64,000 bases of DNA from an uncultured Verrucomicrobiae bacterium (GCA_963707025.1 CAVPOM010000006.1:384001-448000); one strand, 5' to 3'; numbered from the stretch's first letter, positions 1 to 13,418 are shown. Notes: generated by a model not told the origin, from the sequence alone. A program made the numbers and translations.

Positions 1-1473
1 CACATAAGCCCTTGACCCCAGAAGGCCCTCCTCTTCCCCGGTCCAAAGGGCAATGCGGACGGTGCGGCGCGGATGCAAGCCGGCCGCCTCAATGATGCGC
101 ACCGCTTCCATGCAGGCGGCCGCGCCGACGCCGTTGTCCGTGGCGCCTGTTCCCGCGGGCCACGAGTCCATGTGCCCGCCCAGCATGACGATTTGGTCCT
201 TCAAATCGGTGCCGGGAATCTCAGCGATGGTGTTGTAAGCCATCAGATCCTCATCGTGATATTTGACCTCCAGGTCAATCTGCATTCTTACTTTCTCACC
301 CGCCTTGATCATGCGGACAATCCGATTGTAACTCTCCGCCGCCACCACCACTTGCGGCGGCATGGCCGGGGCGTTGGTGGCATACGGGCTGCCGCCTCCG
401 CGGCCACCGCCAAATCCGCCCCCGCCGCTGTTGGTGCCCGCCGGAACCGATGCGCTTTGCACTAATACCGTCCCATTGTCGAACTGGGAGCCGGCGCTCA
501 ACACCACCCCGGCTTTTTCCTCCGTCAAAAACGAAAGCAATCGCGCCGGCGAAATCCGGTTTGCTCCGAACTGCGAACCAAATCCGCCCCGGCGGCCTCC
601 TCCGCCACCGCGTGACTGCACCATGCCGAAGAATCCCAAGTCGTCCACGGTGTTGGCCGCCACCAGCAGATTGCTGTCCGCCAACCGCACCGCCAGAGGC
701 TGAAAGGGCACGGCGAGATTGGTGCGCATTGGGCTGACCAAAACCATGGCGCCTTCCAGTTTTCCCTTGTATTGATCCAAGTTGGTGGTCTGCGCCAGGT
801 CAATGAAAACCGCATCTCCCTCCATCGGCTTGTCATATCCTGGGGACCAAGCCAGGGGATAAGCAATAATGGGAAAGGCCTGCGGCTCGATCACTTGAGC
901 AGAGAATCGCTTCACCTCCCAGCCGCGTCCGAACGGTCCCCAAGGCTCTAAATGCGCATTAGTCAAGCCCCAGCTTTCCAATTTCATTCTGGTCCATTCA
1001 TTGGCGCGCTTGAGGTTGGGCGAGCCGGTCAGGCGCGGCCCGATGACATCGCTCAGGTAGCTCAAAGTCTCCATCGCTTGGGAATGGTTCAAACCCTCGT
1101 CCTTGATCCGCTCAATGGGATCGCTGGAGGTGGTTCGCGCTTCCGAAGCGGCTTCCGCAACCGGCTCGGCAGGCGCTGGGACGGTGGCGGCGGGAGCGGA
1201 TGGACTGGCAACTGTGCGCGCTTCCGCAGCGGCTCCCGCAATCGGGCGGGCAGGCTCTGGCGGGGTGCTGGCCGGGGCCGCTGGAATTGCGGGCGCGGGT
1301 GTATCGGATCGGTCAGAGGCAACCGCGGTGGGGGCGCCGGCGGTCCGGGACGATGGGGCGGCGAAGGCGTGGGGGTTGGCGACAGGCTCTTTGGTTGCCT
1401 GACAGGCGGCGAAGACCAGCGCGGCAAGGGCGCCGATGCTGAAGGCGAATTTGGCGCAGACTGATGGTTTCAT
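1..1473 (-). CDS. M28-family (carboxypeptidase Q-like) metallopeptidase with signal peptide and long Ala/Pro linker; 3' end runs off the window
   Basis: Manual translation: MKPSVCAKFAFSIGALAALVFAAC...LSYLSDVIGPRLTGS...GPFGRGW...IVMLGGHMDSW...ATDNGVG...IALWTGEEEGLLGS (M28 motifs HxD, DN, EE). Not in the ORF track because the stop lies outside the window. Confidence 0.88.
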   Translation of the reverse strand, partial: MKPSVCAKFAFSIGALAALVFAACQATKEPVANPHAFAAPSSRTAGAPTAVASDRSDTPAPAIPAAPASTPPEPARPIAGAAAEARTVASPSAPAATVPAPAEPVAEAASEARTTSSDPIERIKDEGLNHSQAMETLSYLSDVIGPRLTGSPNLKRANEWTRMKLESWGLTNAHLEPWGPFGRGWEVKRFSAQVIEPQAFPIIAYPLAWSPGYDKPMEGDAVFIDLAQTTNLDQYKGKLEGAMVLVSPMRTNLAVPFQPLAVRLADSNLLVAANTVDDLGFFGMVQSRGGGGGRRGGFGSQFGANRISPARLLSFLTEEKAGVVLSAGSQFDNGTVLVQSASVPAGTNSGGGGFGGGRGGGSPYATNAPAMPPQVVVAAESYNRIVRMIKAGEKVRMQIDLEVKYHDEDLMAYNTIAEIPGTDLKDQIVMLGGHMDSWPAGTGATDNGVGAAACMEAVRIIEAAGLHPRRTVRIALWTGEEEGLLGSRAYV

Positions 1474-1625
1474 GGGAAGGCTTGCTTGGATTGCGTTAAG
1501 ATGGCGGGATGGCGTCGTACACGACCAGTGGTTTAACAGAAAAATCCATTGGCACAACAGATTTCTGCCCCAGGATGCGATTTTTTCATTGCCTTCCTGC
1601 CGGCATCCGTTAGCTTGCACGACCC

Positions 1626-1880
1626 GTGAACAGCGAATACGTCAAGCAAGCAATGGCCAAGGTTGGCAACCCCAACGTTTTGGTGAACATCATCTCCCGC
1701 CGCGTCCGCCAATTGACCAGCGGCGGCAGCAGCGGCCGGCCATTGATCGAGCAGTCCCCAGGGATGGGCATCGCCGACGTCGCCCTGGCGGAGTTGATCG
1801 AGGGGAAAATGGACTTTGAAATATCCACCGCGACCGAGGAAGACGCCCAGCCCGCCCCCAAGAAACGCCGCCGCGCCTGA
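1626..1880 (+). CDS. rpoZ: RNA polymerase omega subunit
   Basis: 84 aa, VGNPNVLVNIISRRVRQL...ADVALAELIEGK matches the omega fold; next to smpB. Confidence 0.8.
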   Translation: MNSEYVKQAMAKVGNPNVLVNIISRRVRQLTSGGSSGRPLIEQSPGMGIADVALAELIEGKMDFEISTATEEDAQPAPKKRRRA

Positions 1881-1928
1881 CTCCGGCTCCGGCCGTCCCC
1901 GTTCCGGGCGGAAGGGCCGCTTTCCGTT

Positions 1929-2384
1929 ATGGCCGATATTCTGCACAATTCCAAAGCCAGCCGCGATTATCACATTTTAGAAACCTACGAGGCCGGCCTG
2001 GTGCTGCATGGGTCGGAAGTCAAGGCCTTGCGCGCCGGCAAAGCGCAGATCGGCGACGCCTTTGCCCGCGTGGAAAAGGAGGAGGTCTGGCTCTACAACG
2101 CCCACATTGACGAATACACCCCGGCCAACCGCTTCGGTCACGCCCCAAAAGCGCCCCGCAAGCTGCTCCTGCACAAATCGGAAATCCGCAAGCTGTCCGC
2201 CCTGGCCGCCGTCAAGGGCCATGCCTTGGTGCCGCTTTCCCTTTACTGGAAAAACGGCAAGGTCAAAGTTGCCTTGGGCGTGGGCAGGGGAAAGCTGGAA
2301 TTTGACAAGCGCCACGACATCCAGGAGCGCGAGATGAACCGCGAATTGAAGCGCGCCACCATGCACCGCCTCAAACGAAAGTGA
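1929..2384 (+). CDS. smpB: SsrA-binding protein SmpB
   Basis: YEAGLVLHGSEVKALR, RKLLLHKSEI, GRGK..DKR motifs. Confidence 0.97.
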   Translation: MADILHNSKASRDYHILETYEAGLVLHGSEVKALRAGKAQIGDAFARVEKEEVWLYNAHIDEYTPANRFGHAPKAPRKLLLHKSEIRKLSALAAVKGHALVPLSLYWKNGKVKVALGVGRGKLEFDKRHDIQEREMNRELKRATMHRLKRK

Positions 2385-2400
2385 AGCCTGCCCCGAGGCC

Positions 2401-2673
2401 CTACCCGGCGGCGGGCGCGGGCGCCTCCTTGGTCCAGCGACGCTTGGGCGCCTTGGTGATCAGCCCTTTCTTCAGAGCTTTGGCGGTCACGCTGATGTAG
2501 CGCACTTCGCCATCAATCACGGCCTTGACCCGCTGCAGATTGGGGATAAAACGGCGCTTGGTGGTGGCGGTGATGTGCATGCCGATGCCGCCTTTCTTCT
2601 TGGCCTTGCCACTGCGCCAGATATGGCTGCCCTTGATCGGGCGCGTTCCGGTTAATTCACAGATTCTGGACAT
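2401..2673 (-). CDS. rpmB: 50S ribosomal protein L28
   Basis: MSRICELTG...TKRRFIPNLQ. Confidence 0.95.
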   Translation of the reverse strand: MSRICELTGTRPIKGSHIWRSGKAKKKGGIGMHITATTKRRFIPNLQRVKAVIDGEVRYISVTAKALKKGLITKAPKRRWTKEAPAPAAG

Positions 2674-2887
2674 AAACTTTATTTCGCAAAGAGGGGAGAA
2701 GGTAATCCTTGCCAGCGGTCAATTCAAGCACTATTACGGCCCGCGCCGTATTTCATGCCGGCAAGGTTTGGGTTCCCGGGGCCAAAACGGCCCAGGCGCA
2801 TAATAAGCGGCAATAATGACAGAATTGTAATGCAAGTTGCCCTTGCATCTCCTAATGGAATCCCCTACAATGCCGATAATTCACCAG

Positions 2888-3133
2888 ATGCGTATTCTGA
2901 TTCAAGACCCGGAAAGCAAGGCCTACTTCAACGGTGGCGACTGGGATGTGGACGAGAATCACGCCACCGAATTTGGCAATGTGGCGCAAGCGGAGGAGTT
3001 TTGCCGCCAGCAAAACCTGCCCCTGGCTTTGGTGGTCGTTAAATTCAAGGACGCCACCAGCGACGTCAGCTACCCGGCCAGCGCGCGCGACGATGCCCAG
3101 CTCAAAAAGCATTCCACCCGCAGGCTCCGTTAG
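2888..3133 (+). CDS. small hypothetical protein
   Basis: Clean ORF MRILIQDPESKAYFNGGDW...AEEFC with host-like codon usage; start uncertain (2837/2870/2888). Confidence 0.65.
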   Translation: MRILIQDPESKAYFNGGDWDVDENHATEFGNVAQAEEFCRQQNLPLALVVVKFKDATSDVSYPASARDDAQLKKHSTRRLR

Positions 3134-3179
3134 CAAAAGTCTTTGAACTTGGCGGGCGAGACTTTAGACTGCCGGGGCT

Positions 3180-4256
3180 GTGCATTTGCTTCATCTGCGG
3201 CTTCGCGACTTCCGCAATTACGCGCGGTTGGACGCCGATTTTCCAGCCGGGTTCCACTTGTTGCTGGGCGACAATGCCCAGGGCAAGACCAACCTCCTCG
3301 AAGCCATCTACTTGCTTGCCACCCTCCGCTCCTTCCGCGGCGTGGGCGGCGCGCAAATGGTCCGCCACGGCCAAAAGGGTTACTTTGTCAGCGCCACCGT
3401 TTCGTCCCAGGCCGAACACGACATCAAGATTTACTGGTCTCCGGCCCAGCGCAAACTCTCCCTCGACGGCCAGCCGGTGCGCAAACTGGGTGACTACCTG
3501 GGCGTGGTGCGGGCGGTGGTCTTTTGCACCGAGGATTTGCAACTCATCAAGGGCGTGGCCCGCCTGCGCCGGCGCTTCATGGATTTGCTTCTGGCCCACA
3601 CCCACGCCTCCTATCTGCCCGTGCTGCAACGCTACGCCCGCGCCGTGCGCTCCCGCAACGCCCTCCTGCGCCAGCGTTTTGTTGACGAGGCCGCCTTGGA
3701 GGGGTTCACCCACGAATTGATCGAGGCGGGCCGGCAAATCATGGATTTTCGCCGCGAACTGCTCCCGCGCGTGGCGGGGTTGGCGCGCCAAACCTATGCC
3801 CGCGTGGCCCGTGCCGCCGAGCCGCTGGAACTGGCCTACCAGCCCTCCGTCCAGCACGACTTCGCCGTGGAACTGGCCCGCAACCGCGCCCGCGAACGCG
3901 CGTTTCGTTCCACCATCATCGGCCCGCACCGCGACGAATTGCAGTTGCGGCTGGACGGAAAATCCGCCGCCAAATTCGCCAGCGAAGGGCAAAAACGCTC
4001 CCTCGCCATCGCCTTGAAGCTCGCCCAGGCCGAATACTTGACTGACATCCACGGTGTCCCGCCCATTTTATTGATTGACAACGTCATGGGCGAACTGGAC
4101 GCCAAACGGCGCGCCGCCTTTCTGCCCCTGCTGGACCGCGCGCAACACGCCCGCAGCCAGGTCTTCATGACCTGCACCGAAGAAAGCTGGCCGCAGGAAC
4201 TGGGCCGCGGCCTGCAGCGCTGGCAAGTCATCGCGGGGCAGTTGAAAAAAGGTTGA
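3180..4256 (+). CDS. recF: DNA replication/repair protein RecF
   Basis: FRNY, Walker A GDNAQGKTN, GPHRDEL, ASEGQKR, LLIDNVMGELD. Confidence 0.96.
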   Translation: MHLLHLRLRDFRNYARLDADFPAGFHLLLGDNAQGKTNLLEAIYLLATLRSFRGVGGAQMVRHGQKGYFVSATVSSQAEHDIKIYWSPAQRKLSLDGQPVRKLGDYLGVVRAVVFCTEDLQLIKGVARLRRRFMDLLLAHTHASYLPVLQRYARAVRSRNALLRQRFVDEAALEGFTHELIEAGRQIMDFRRELLPRVAGLARQTYARVARAAEPLELAYQPSVQHDFAVELARNRARERAFRSTIIGPHRDELQLRLDGKSAAKFASEGQKRSLAIALKLAQAEYLTDIHGVPPILLIDNVMGELDAKRRAAFLPLLDRAQHARSQVFMTCTEESWPQELGRGLQRWQVIAGQLKKG

Positions 4257-4280
4257 CCCACCTTCGGGTCGTGATATGCT
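4253..4280 (+). promoter_or_regulatory. sigma70-like promoter with operator palindrome for the TA operon
   Basis: TTGACC-16 nt-(TGa)TATGCT; GACCC-n6-GGGTC inverted repeat overlapping -35 and the spacer; ATG 6 nt after the -10. Confidence 0.55.
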
Positions 4281-4286
4281 TTTGAT

Positions 4287-4580
4287 ATGAAGTCCAGAAC
4301 AAGCTGGCAATACCCGTTGCGGTTGGACAAACGCGATGGAACTGCGGTCGCGCAAGTCGTCCAGGAAACCGGGCAGTCCATCAACTCCGTTCTTGCGCTC
4401 AGCATTCGAAAGGGTTTGCCGCTGGCTCGCCATGCGCTGGCCCGCCCGCCACGGCGTGTTACCGCCGTGGACCCGCTGCCGGACCATGTGCTCAGGCAGG
4501 CCTACGCCGGTCCGGATGAACTCGACGGCATCTCCGCCCGCCAACTGGCGAAATTCCAATCCCGGAAGGAACCGACATGA
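4287..4580 (+). CDS. putative ribbon-helix-helix (Arc-like) antitoxin
   Basis: QYPLRL...ETGQSINSVL resembles an Arc/RHH N-terminus; ATGA overlap with the downstream toxin. Confidence 0.6.
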   Translation: MKSRTSWQYPLRLDKRDGTAVAQVVQETGQSINSVLALSIRKGLPLARHALARPPRRVTAVDPLPDHVLRQAYAGPDELDGISARQLAKFQSRKEPT

Positions 4581-4906
4581 AGCCTTGGGAAGTTTGGGAC
4601 TGTCCATTCCCGTGGGGTGAGCATCCGGCGGTGATTATCTCGAACGCCATCCGGGTGGAGATGAAGCCGCAGATTGTGGTGTTGTCCTGCCGGACGATGC
4701 GCCAACCGGCTGGCCGTGATCCGGTCCCGTGTGAAGCGCTGCTGGATGAAGCCGACGGGCTGGATTGGAAAACGCTCTGCCGGTGCGACTTGCTGTATAC
4801 CATTGACAAGGCGGTTTTAAAGCGCCGCCGCGGTGAGGTCGGAACGGCCCGGCGTCGTGAAATCGCGGCCAAGATTCAGCAAGGGCTGGCCATTGCGGGC
4901 CTTTAG
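4577..4906 (+). CDS. PemK/MazF-like toxin
   Basis: 109 aa; MKPWEVW..F...HPAVIISN...GL..KTLCRCD.LYTIDK..L.RRRG follows the PemK pattern. Confidence 0.75.
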   Translation: MKPWEVWDCPFPWGEHPAVIISNAIRVEMKPQIVVLSCRTMRQPAGRDPVPCEALLDEADGLDWKTLCRCDLLYTIDKAVLKRRRGEVGTARRREIAAKIQQGLAIAGL

Positions 4907-5180
4907 CGCGACGATGATCTGCAATGCGCCGGTCACGGGTGGCAGGGCATCAAAGGCGGGAGAGAGACTTCTTTTAGTTGTTTTCTCATCATAAGGGGAA
5001 GTGGTGACGGGCGATTTGCCTTTGAGATAATCGGGCATTTTCTGAATCACATCGTCCATTCTTCATGAACTGCGGGTCAACTTGCTCCGCTCCACTGCCC
5101 GTGCCGCCGCGCGCGGCTGGTTCGACCGTGGTCCGGCAAAAGCATTTGGAATTTTCCTGTCCATGCGGCAGGATGGGCCG

Positions 5181-6134
5181 ATGAAGAAGAACGAGCACGG
5201 CCGGAAAGCCCGGGTTTCCGCGGCCGCCGCAACCCGGTCCGGGGCGGCCCAGCCAGCCCTCATTCATCCGGTGGTCATCTATCCGTTCCGGCCCCCGGAA
5301 GATTACGCCAACATCCAGGAATTGTTCCGCCTGGTCGCCCAACTGGACGCGCGCAAGCAGATCTATGCGCGCCCCATCACGGTCATTGACCGCAAGACCC
5401 ATGCCGCGGCCCTGCGGGACAAGCGCTACCTGCCGTTTCGCGACGGCGTGGCCAGCCGGCATTCGGACCTGCTGGACGCCTGGTGCGTGGACACCTGCCA
5501 GATGTGGTATTGCGGTCTGGGGCTGGCGTTTGAGAGGGGCAAACCGGCCGATGTCTATTGGCTGATTCCGGGCGATTTCGACTACGGCAGCGAGGCGGGA
5601 AGGCGCGTGCTGGGCCGGCTGCATGATCTTCCCGAAATCTGCGCCGAGCTGGGTCAGGATGTGTGCGTGGGCGAGATTGCCACCGACCACAACAGTCCCA
5701 AGCAACTGATTGACACCTACGGCACCTTTGCCCTGCTCTACACCTGGTTTCCGGCCCAGGCGCGGGAGATTCGCCAGTACACCGAGCGGCCGCGCTCGGA
5801 GTTCTTCGCCCTGCGCCACGACTTCCTGGGCGAGTTGCTCCATCGCCGCTGGTATGCCTACGAACAGACGGTGGTGACCCTGTTGCACGCCGTGTTCGGC
5901 CGCAAACAGATCAGCCGGTTTCTGGTCGGCAACGTCTCCGACCTGCCGGAAGGGCGCGAGAGCCTGACCTCGGCCATCCAGCAGGTCGAACGCACCGAAC
6001 GGGTCCTCAAAACCCTCTGGCGCGAACGCCATGAAACCCGGGCGGGCTGGACCGCCGCCTATCGCCTTCTGGAAACTCAATCCGAACAGGTCCGGCGTTC
6101 CGCGCTCGTCCTTTTGGAAAACCTGCTCACTTAA
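5181..6134 (+). CDS. hypothetical protein, possible divergent GT-A fold glycosyltransferase
   Basis: 317-aa ORF with strong host codon usage; VYWLIPGDFD (DxD) and RPRSEFFALRHD motifs. Confidence 0.6.
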   Translation: MKKNEHGRKARVSAAAATRSGAAQPALIHPVVIYPFRPPEDYANIQELFRLVAQLDARKQIYARPITVIDRKTHAAALRDKRYLPFRDGVASRHSDLLDAWCVDTCQMWYCGLGLAFERGKPADVYWLIPGDFDYGSEAGRRVLGRLHDLPEICAELGQDVCVGEIATDHNSPKQLIDTYGTFALLYTWFPAQAREIRQYTERPRSEFFALRHDFLGELLHRRWYAYEQTVVTLLHAVFGRKQISRFLVGNVSDLPEGRESLTSAIQQVERTERVLKTLWRERHETRAGWTAAYRLLETQSEQVRRSALVLLENLLT

Positions 6135-6184
6135 GCCAGCCCGTCCGCCAACCCCGCCCCTTTTATCCCAGGCCTGTTTTTCAC

Positions 6185-6475
6185 ATGAACTACCGCGTTT
6201 ACAGTGCCCAACGCAACTTGAGGCCCGTCAATTTCATCTGCAACGCGCCCCAGGCAAAACACGTCAGCCTGGTGGGCGACTTCAACCACTGGGACCCGAA
6301 GGCCCATCCCATGAGCCTGAGGCCGGGCGGGGCCTGGTTGCTGCAGGTCGAGCTGCGCCACGGCCACCATCGCTACGCCTTCCTGGTGGACGGCCATCTG
6401 ACCCTGGATCCCAAGGCCCAGGGCATCAGCCGCAACGACCAGGGCGAGCGCGTTTCCCTGGTGCCGGTCAGTTGA
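6185..6475 (+). CDS. stand-alone CBM48 / isoamylase early-set glycogen-binding protein
   Basis: AKHVSLVGDFNHWD...M...GAW...L.HGHHRYAFLVDG...DP. Confidence 0.88.
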   Translation: MNYRVYSAQRNLRPVNFICNAPQAKHVSLVGDFNHWDPKAHPMSLRPGGAWLLQVELRHGHHRYAFLVDGHLTLDPKAQGISRNDQGERVSLVPVS

Positions 6476-6482
6476 TGCCTGC

Positions 6483-6508
6483 TAATCTTACTCTTAATCT
6501 TAATCTCA
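6483..6508. repeat. (TAATCT)n degenerate hexamer tandem repeat between convergent genes
   Basis: TAATCTTACTCTTAATCTTAATCTCA; reverse complement of the array at 39328-39373. Confidence 0.6.
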
Positions 6509-6528
6509 AGAGCGCGTTTTTTCCGAAT

Positions 6529-7590
6529 TCAATTTGCCTTCCATTTCCCGATCGCGCCTCGTCCTCCCACCGCCCAGCATTCCCCGTCCGCGCACGAGGC
6601 GGCGTGCAGCGGGAACTCGTCCACTTTCTGCCAGGTGTTGCCAAAATCGCGGCTCAGGCTCGTGCCCGAAGGGCCGACCGCCAGCAGCACATCCCCCGGC
6701 AACGCCACCACCGTTTCCTTCAATCCCGGCGGATCGGTGCGCCCGCCTTTCTGCCAGGTCCGGCCGCCGTCGCTGGTGACGATCACGTTGTCCGACGGCG
6801 TTTTCTCCTGCTCGTAATCGCCGCCCACGGCCGCGCCGCGTTGCGCGTCCAAAAATCGCAGGCCGTAAATCCCCGCCGTTGGTCCGCCGGGCATGGGCGT
6901 TTCCCGCACCTCCCAAGTCTGGGCGCGGTCGGTCGAAATAAAAATGCGGGCCCGCTCCGCCGCGCCCGAAGCCAGCCAGACCTTGGACGGGCCAGCCATC
7001 GTCATGGAAGTGTTGCCCGCCGCAAAGGCTCCTTCGTTGGGCAGCATCGCCGGCAAACCCGCCGGGGGCACCCGTTGCCAGCTTTGCCCGCCGTCCTTGG
7101 TTCTCAGCAAATACCATTTGCCCTCGATCTGGTCACCCACCGCCAGCCCGTTGGTCCGGTCCCAAAACGACACCCCGTCCAGAAACACACCTTTTTCTTC
7201 GGTCTGAAACACGGTCTGCCAGGTCCGTCCCGCGTCCGCCGTGCGATACATCCGGGCCAGCCCCTCCGACGCTTCTCCCGCGCTCATCAGCACCGCCGTC
7301 CGCTCATCGAACGCGAACAGTCCGCGAAAATCCAATTTGTCCGCGCCTGGCACGGTCACGGCCTCCCAGGTGTCGCCGCCGTCCACCGTGCGGCGGCAGG
7401 TCCCGCCCGTGCCGCCCGCCCAAACCACTTTATTGTTGACCGCGTGGACCGCGCGAAAACTGGTCCGGGGCGCGTGACTCTCCTGCCAGACCCACCCGGC
7501 GCTCGCTCCCGTGGAAAACAACGGCGCCAGGGCGAGCAGGAACGCGAAGCAGTTCCAGTTGCGATGGGTGATGGTTTTAATGGCTGGCAT
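6529..7590 (-). CDS. secreted BNR/Asp-box (YCF48-like) beta-propeller protein
   Basis: Repeated T-x-D-G-G-x-T/S-W Asp-boxes, EGAFAAGNT, GGDY; N-terminal signal peptide; start uncertain. Confidence 0.88.
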   Translation of the reverse strand: MPAIKTITHRNWNCFAFLLALAPLFSTGASAGWVWQESHAPRTSFRAVHAVNNKVVWAGGTGGTCRRTVDGGDTWEAVTVPGADKLDFRGLFAFDERTAVLMSAGEASEGLARMYRTADAGRTWQTVFQTEEKGVFLDGVSFWDRTNGLAVGDQIEGKWYLLRTKDGGQSWQRVPPAGLPAMLPNEGAFAAGNTSMTMAGPSKVWLASGAAERARIFISTDRAQTWEVRETPMPGGPTAGIYGLRFLDAQRGAAVGGDYEQEKTPSDNVIVTSDGGRTWQKGGRTDPPGLKETVVALPGDVLLAVGPSGTSLSRDFGNTWQKVDEFPLHAASCADGECWAVGGRGAIGKWKAN

Positions 7591-7673
7591 GAGTTTAAAG
7601 CTAAACAGTGGAACCCGCCTGCGCAATGGGCATGTGGGGTTTTTCGTGATGGGAGCACCCTCTTTGGGGGTCT

Positions 7674-7742
7674 GGACCCGTTAACCCGTTAGGACTAAAA
7701 CAAGGGTTTTTTGAGGTTGGACCCGTTAGAATACCCGTTAAG
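7674..7742. repeat. iteron-like cluster, 4x ACCCGTTA (2+2)
   Basis: Copies at 7676, 7684, 7721, 7733 around AAACAAGGGTTTT. Confidence 0.6.
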
Positions 7743-8446
7743 TTTGGAAATGCAGAATGAAGAATGCGGAATGAAGAAGGGGACAGGAAGTGCCCGCAGG
7801 CCGAAGTTCGGCTTCCAACGCACATTGACGCAGATATTCACTATAAATCCTTGATTTCGAGGGTCTTCGGCTTTCGATTGGACAGAGTTGGAGTTTGACC
7901 CCGTTTTCGGACGAACCGAACAGGTGGGTCATTTTGGCGCAACGTCTCCGCCTATTCTAATCGCAAGTTGTTTGTTTACAACAACTTACAAATCATTTTG
8001 GACATCCAAAAAATGGGTTCGTTTGGCAAAAACACCATAAATGCCGGCACCGATCTGTCTGGAAACAGGCTTTGCAAAATGCCGCTCGCACCAAACGTGG
8101 TTGGAGCAGGATAGCCCTCCTTATTCCGGCGCTTCCGTTTCGCTTCGTCTCTCACGCTAACAATTCTAGCATAGTTTCTATTCCTGTCCAGCGAAATTTT
8201 GTCCATGCCGGTTGCCGGAGCCTTGGTTGTCAGCGGCGGTGAGGACGGGATGCAATCCTGGCGGTTGACAATGGATCGAGGGCTTTTCGCCGGAGTCGGC
8301 ATGAATTGTTAGCGCCGGTTTGAAAATGTGGTGAAAACGCCGATTTGAAAATGCAGGGGATTGGACGGGCCGGGCTGAATGGAATGGATTTTTGTGTTTT
8401 CATGAACGAACCGGCGGTTGTATATTAACGGCGTTCAGCACCTTAC

Positions 8447-8836
8447 ATGCGCAAGTGCATTGCTTGGATTATGTCGTTATTCTGCGCAGGATTCCTGGCG
8501 CTATTGGGTGGGGCGTGCCTTCATCGGCAGGCAATGGGGCGAGCGGCAATGTTCAACGCTCGCGTATTTCTTCAAAAGGCGTATGGCTCTTATCAGCACA
8601 CTGGTACGCTTCCGCAGCCTGACGGTAATGCGCGTCTCAGGATCGCCACCAACATGGTGGCTGTCGGGGCGACTAATTATCAGGCCGTTCTCGCGCTGGA
8701 TTGGCCCTATTTTTCGGGCGAGGGCACCCTTACTGTGACGAGCAATCAAGTGTTTCTTTGGTTGGACAACAAGCAGGGAGCGAAAGTGATCGATAACGAC
8801 TACAGGCCACCTTTATTTTCCCGAGGCCTATGGTGA
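8447..8836 (+). CDS. hypothetical exported/membrane-anchored protein, lower GC
   Basis: 129-aa ORF with hydrophobic N-terminus; codon usage differs from core genes. Confidence 0.55.
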   Translation: MRKCIAWIMSLFCAGFLALLGGACLHRQAMGRAAMFNARVFLQKAYGSYQHTGTLPQPDGNARLRIATNMVAVGATNYQAVLALDWPYFSGEGTLTVTSNQVFLWLDNKQGAKVIDNDYRPPLFSRGLW

Positions 8837-9039
8837 CTAGGGCGTTTCGATCTGGTCTTTCATGCGGTAGCTCTTCCCATCGATGATCACGGTTTCAGCG
8901 TGGTGCAGGAGCCGGTCCAGCACAGCGCTGGTCAGGGTGCTGTCGTTGTTGAAGATTTTGGGCCAGTTTTTATAGGGCTGGTTGGTCGTGACGATGGTCG
9001 AACCGGTATCATACCGCTGGCTGAAGACTTGGAATAATA
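8837..9039 (-). pseudogene. istB: IS21-family IstB helper ATPase, C-terminal fragment
   Basis: Manual translation LFQVFSQRYDTGSTIVTTNQPYKNWPKIFNNDSTLTSAVLDRLLHHAETVIIDGKSYRMKDQIETP*; no start, no istA. Confidence 0.85.
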
Positions 9040-9077
9040 CCGTTTCCAGTTCGTAATTGCACTATTGCCAAGGCGAT

Positions 9078-9118
9078 TGGCGGCGGTCGCAGACCGCCGC
9101 TACAGTGCAAAAGCAAAC
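9078..9118 (-). repeat. 41-bp REP-like palindromic element, copy 1
   Basis: Exact reverse complement of 41664-41704; GTAG-tagged hairpin GTAGCGGCGGTC-TGC-GACCGCCG. Confidence 0.8.
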
Positions 9119-9208
9119 CGGAAAAGGTATAAGTTGTGCATGGCGCGTGGCCATCAGAGCGAACACCACATAACGGACAGCGCCAGAGAAGCCATCATAG
9201 ACGCGCAC

Positions 9209-9237
9209 AAAAAAGCGGCGCTCACCGGAGCGCCGCT
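9209..9237 (-). terminator. intrinsic terminator downstream of rpoC
   Basis: AGCGGCGCTC-accg-GAGCGCCGCT hairpin with an A-run on + (U-tract on -). Confidence 0.7.
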
Positions 9238-9258
9238 GCAAGTTGGCTGGATGATTTT

Positions 9259-13418
<4,160 letters not shown>

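Noticed and set aside
4817..5059. Small minus-strand ORF between the toxin and the GT-like gene
   Set aside because: No recognisable motif and it overlaps the toxin 3' end; cannot be supported
6031..7692. Long antisense or alternative-frame ORFs (e.g. 6031-7692 +, 24950-26476 -, 45097-46953 -, 47972-49537 -, 55887-57254 +, 58937-60229 -)
   Set aside because: Shadow ORFs opposite well-supported genes, expected in high-GC DNA
7738..8302. Short ORFs in the 7.7-8.3 kb gap
   Set aside because: They translate through repeat motifs with no coding-like codon pattern; treated as non-coding
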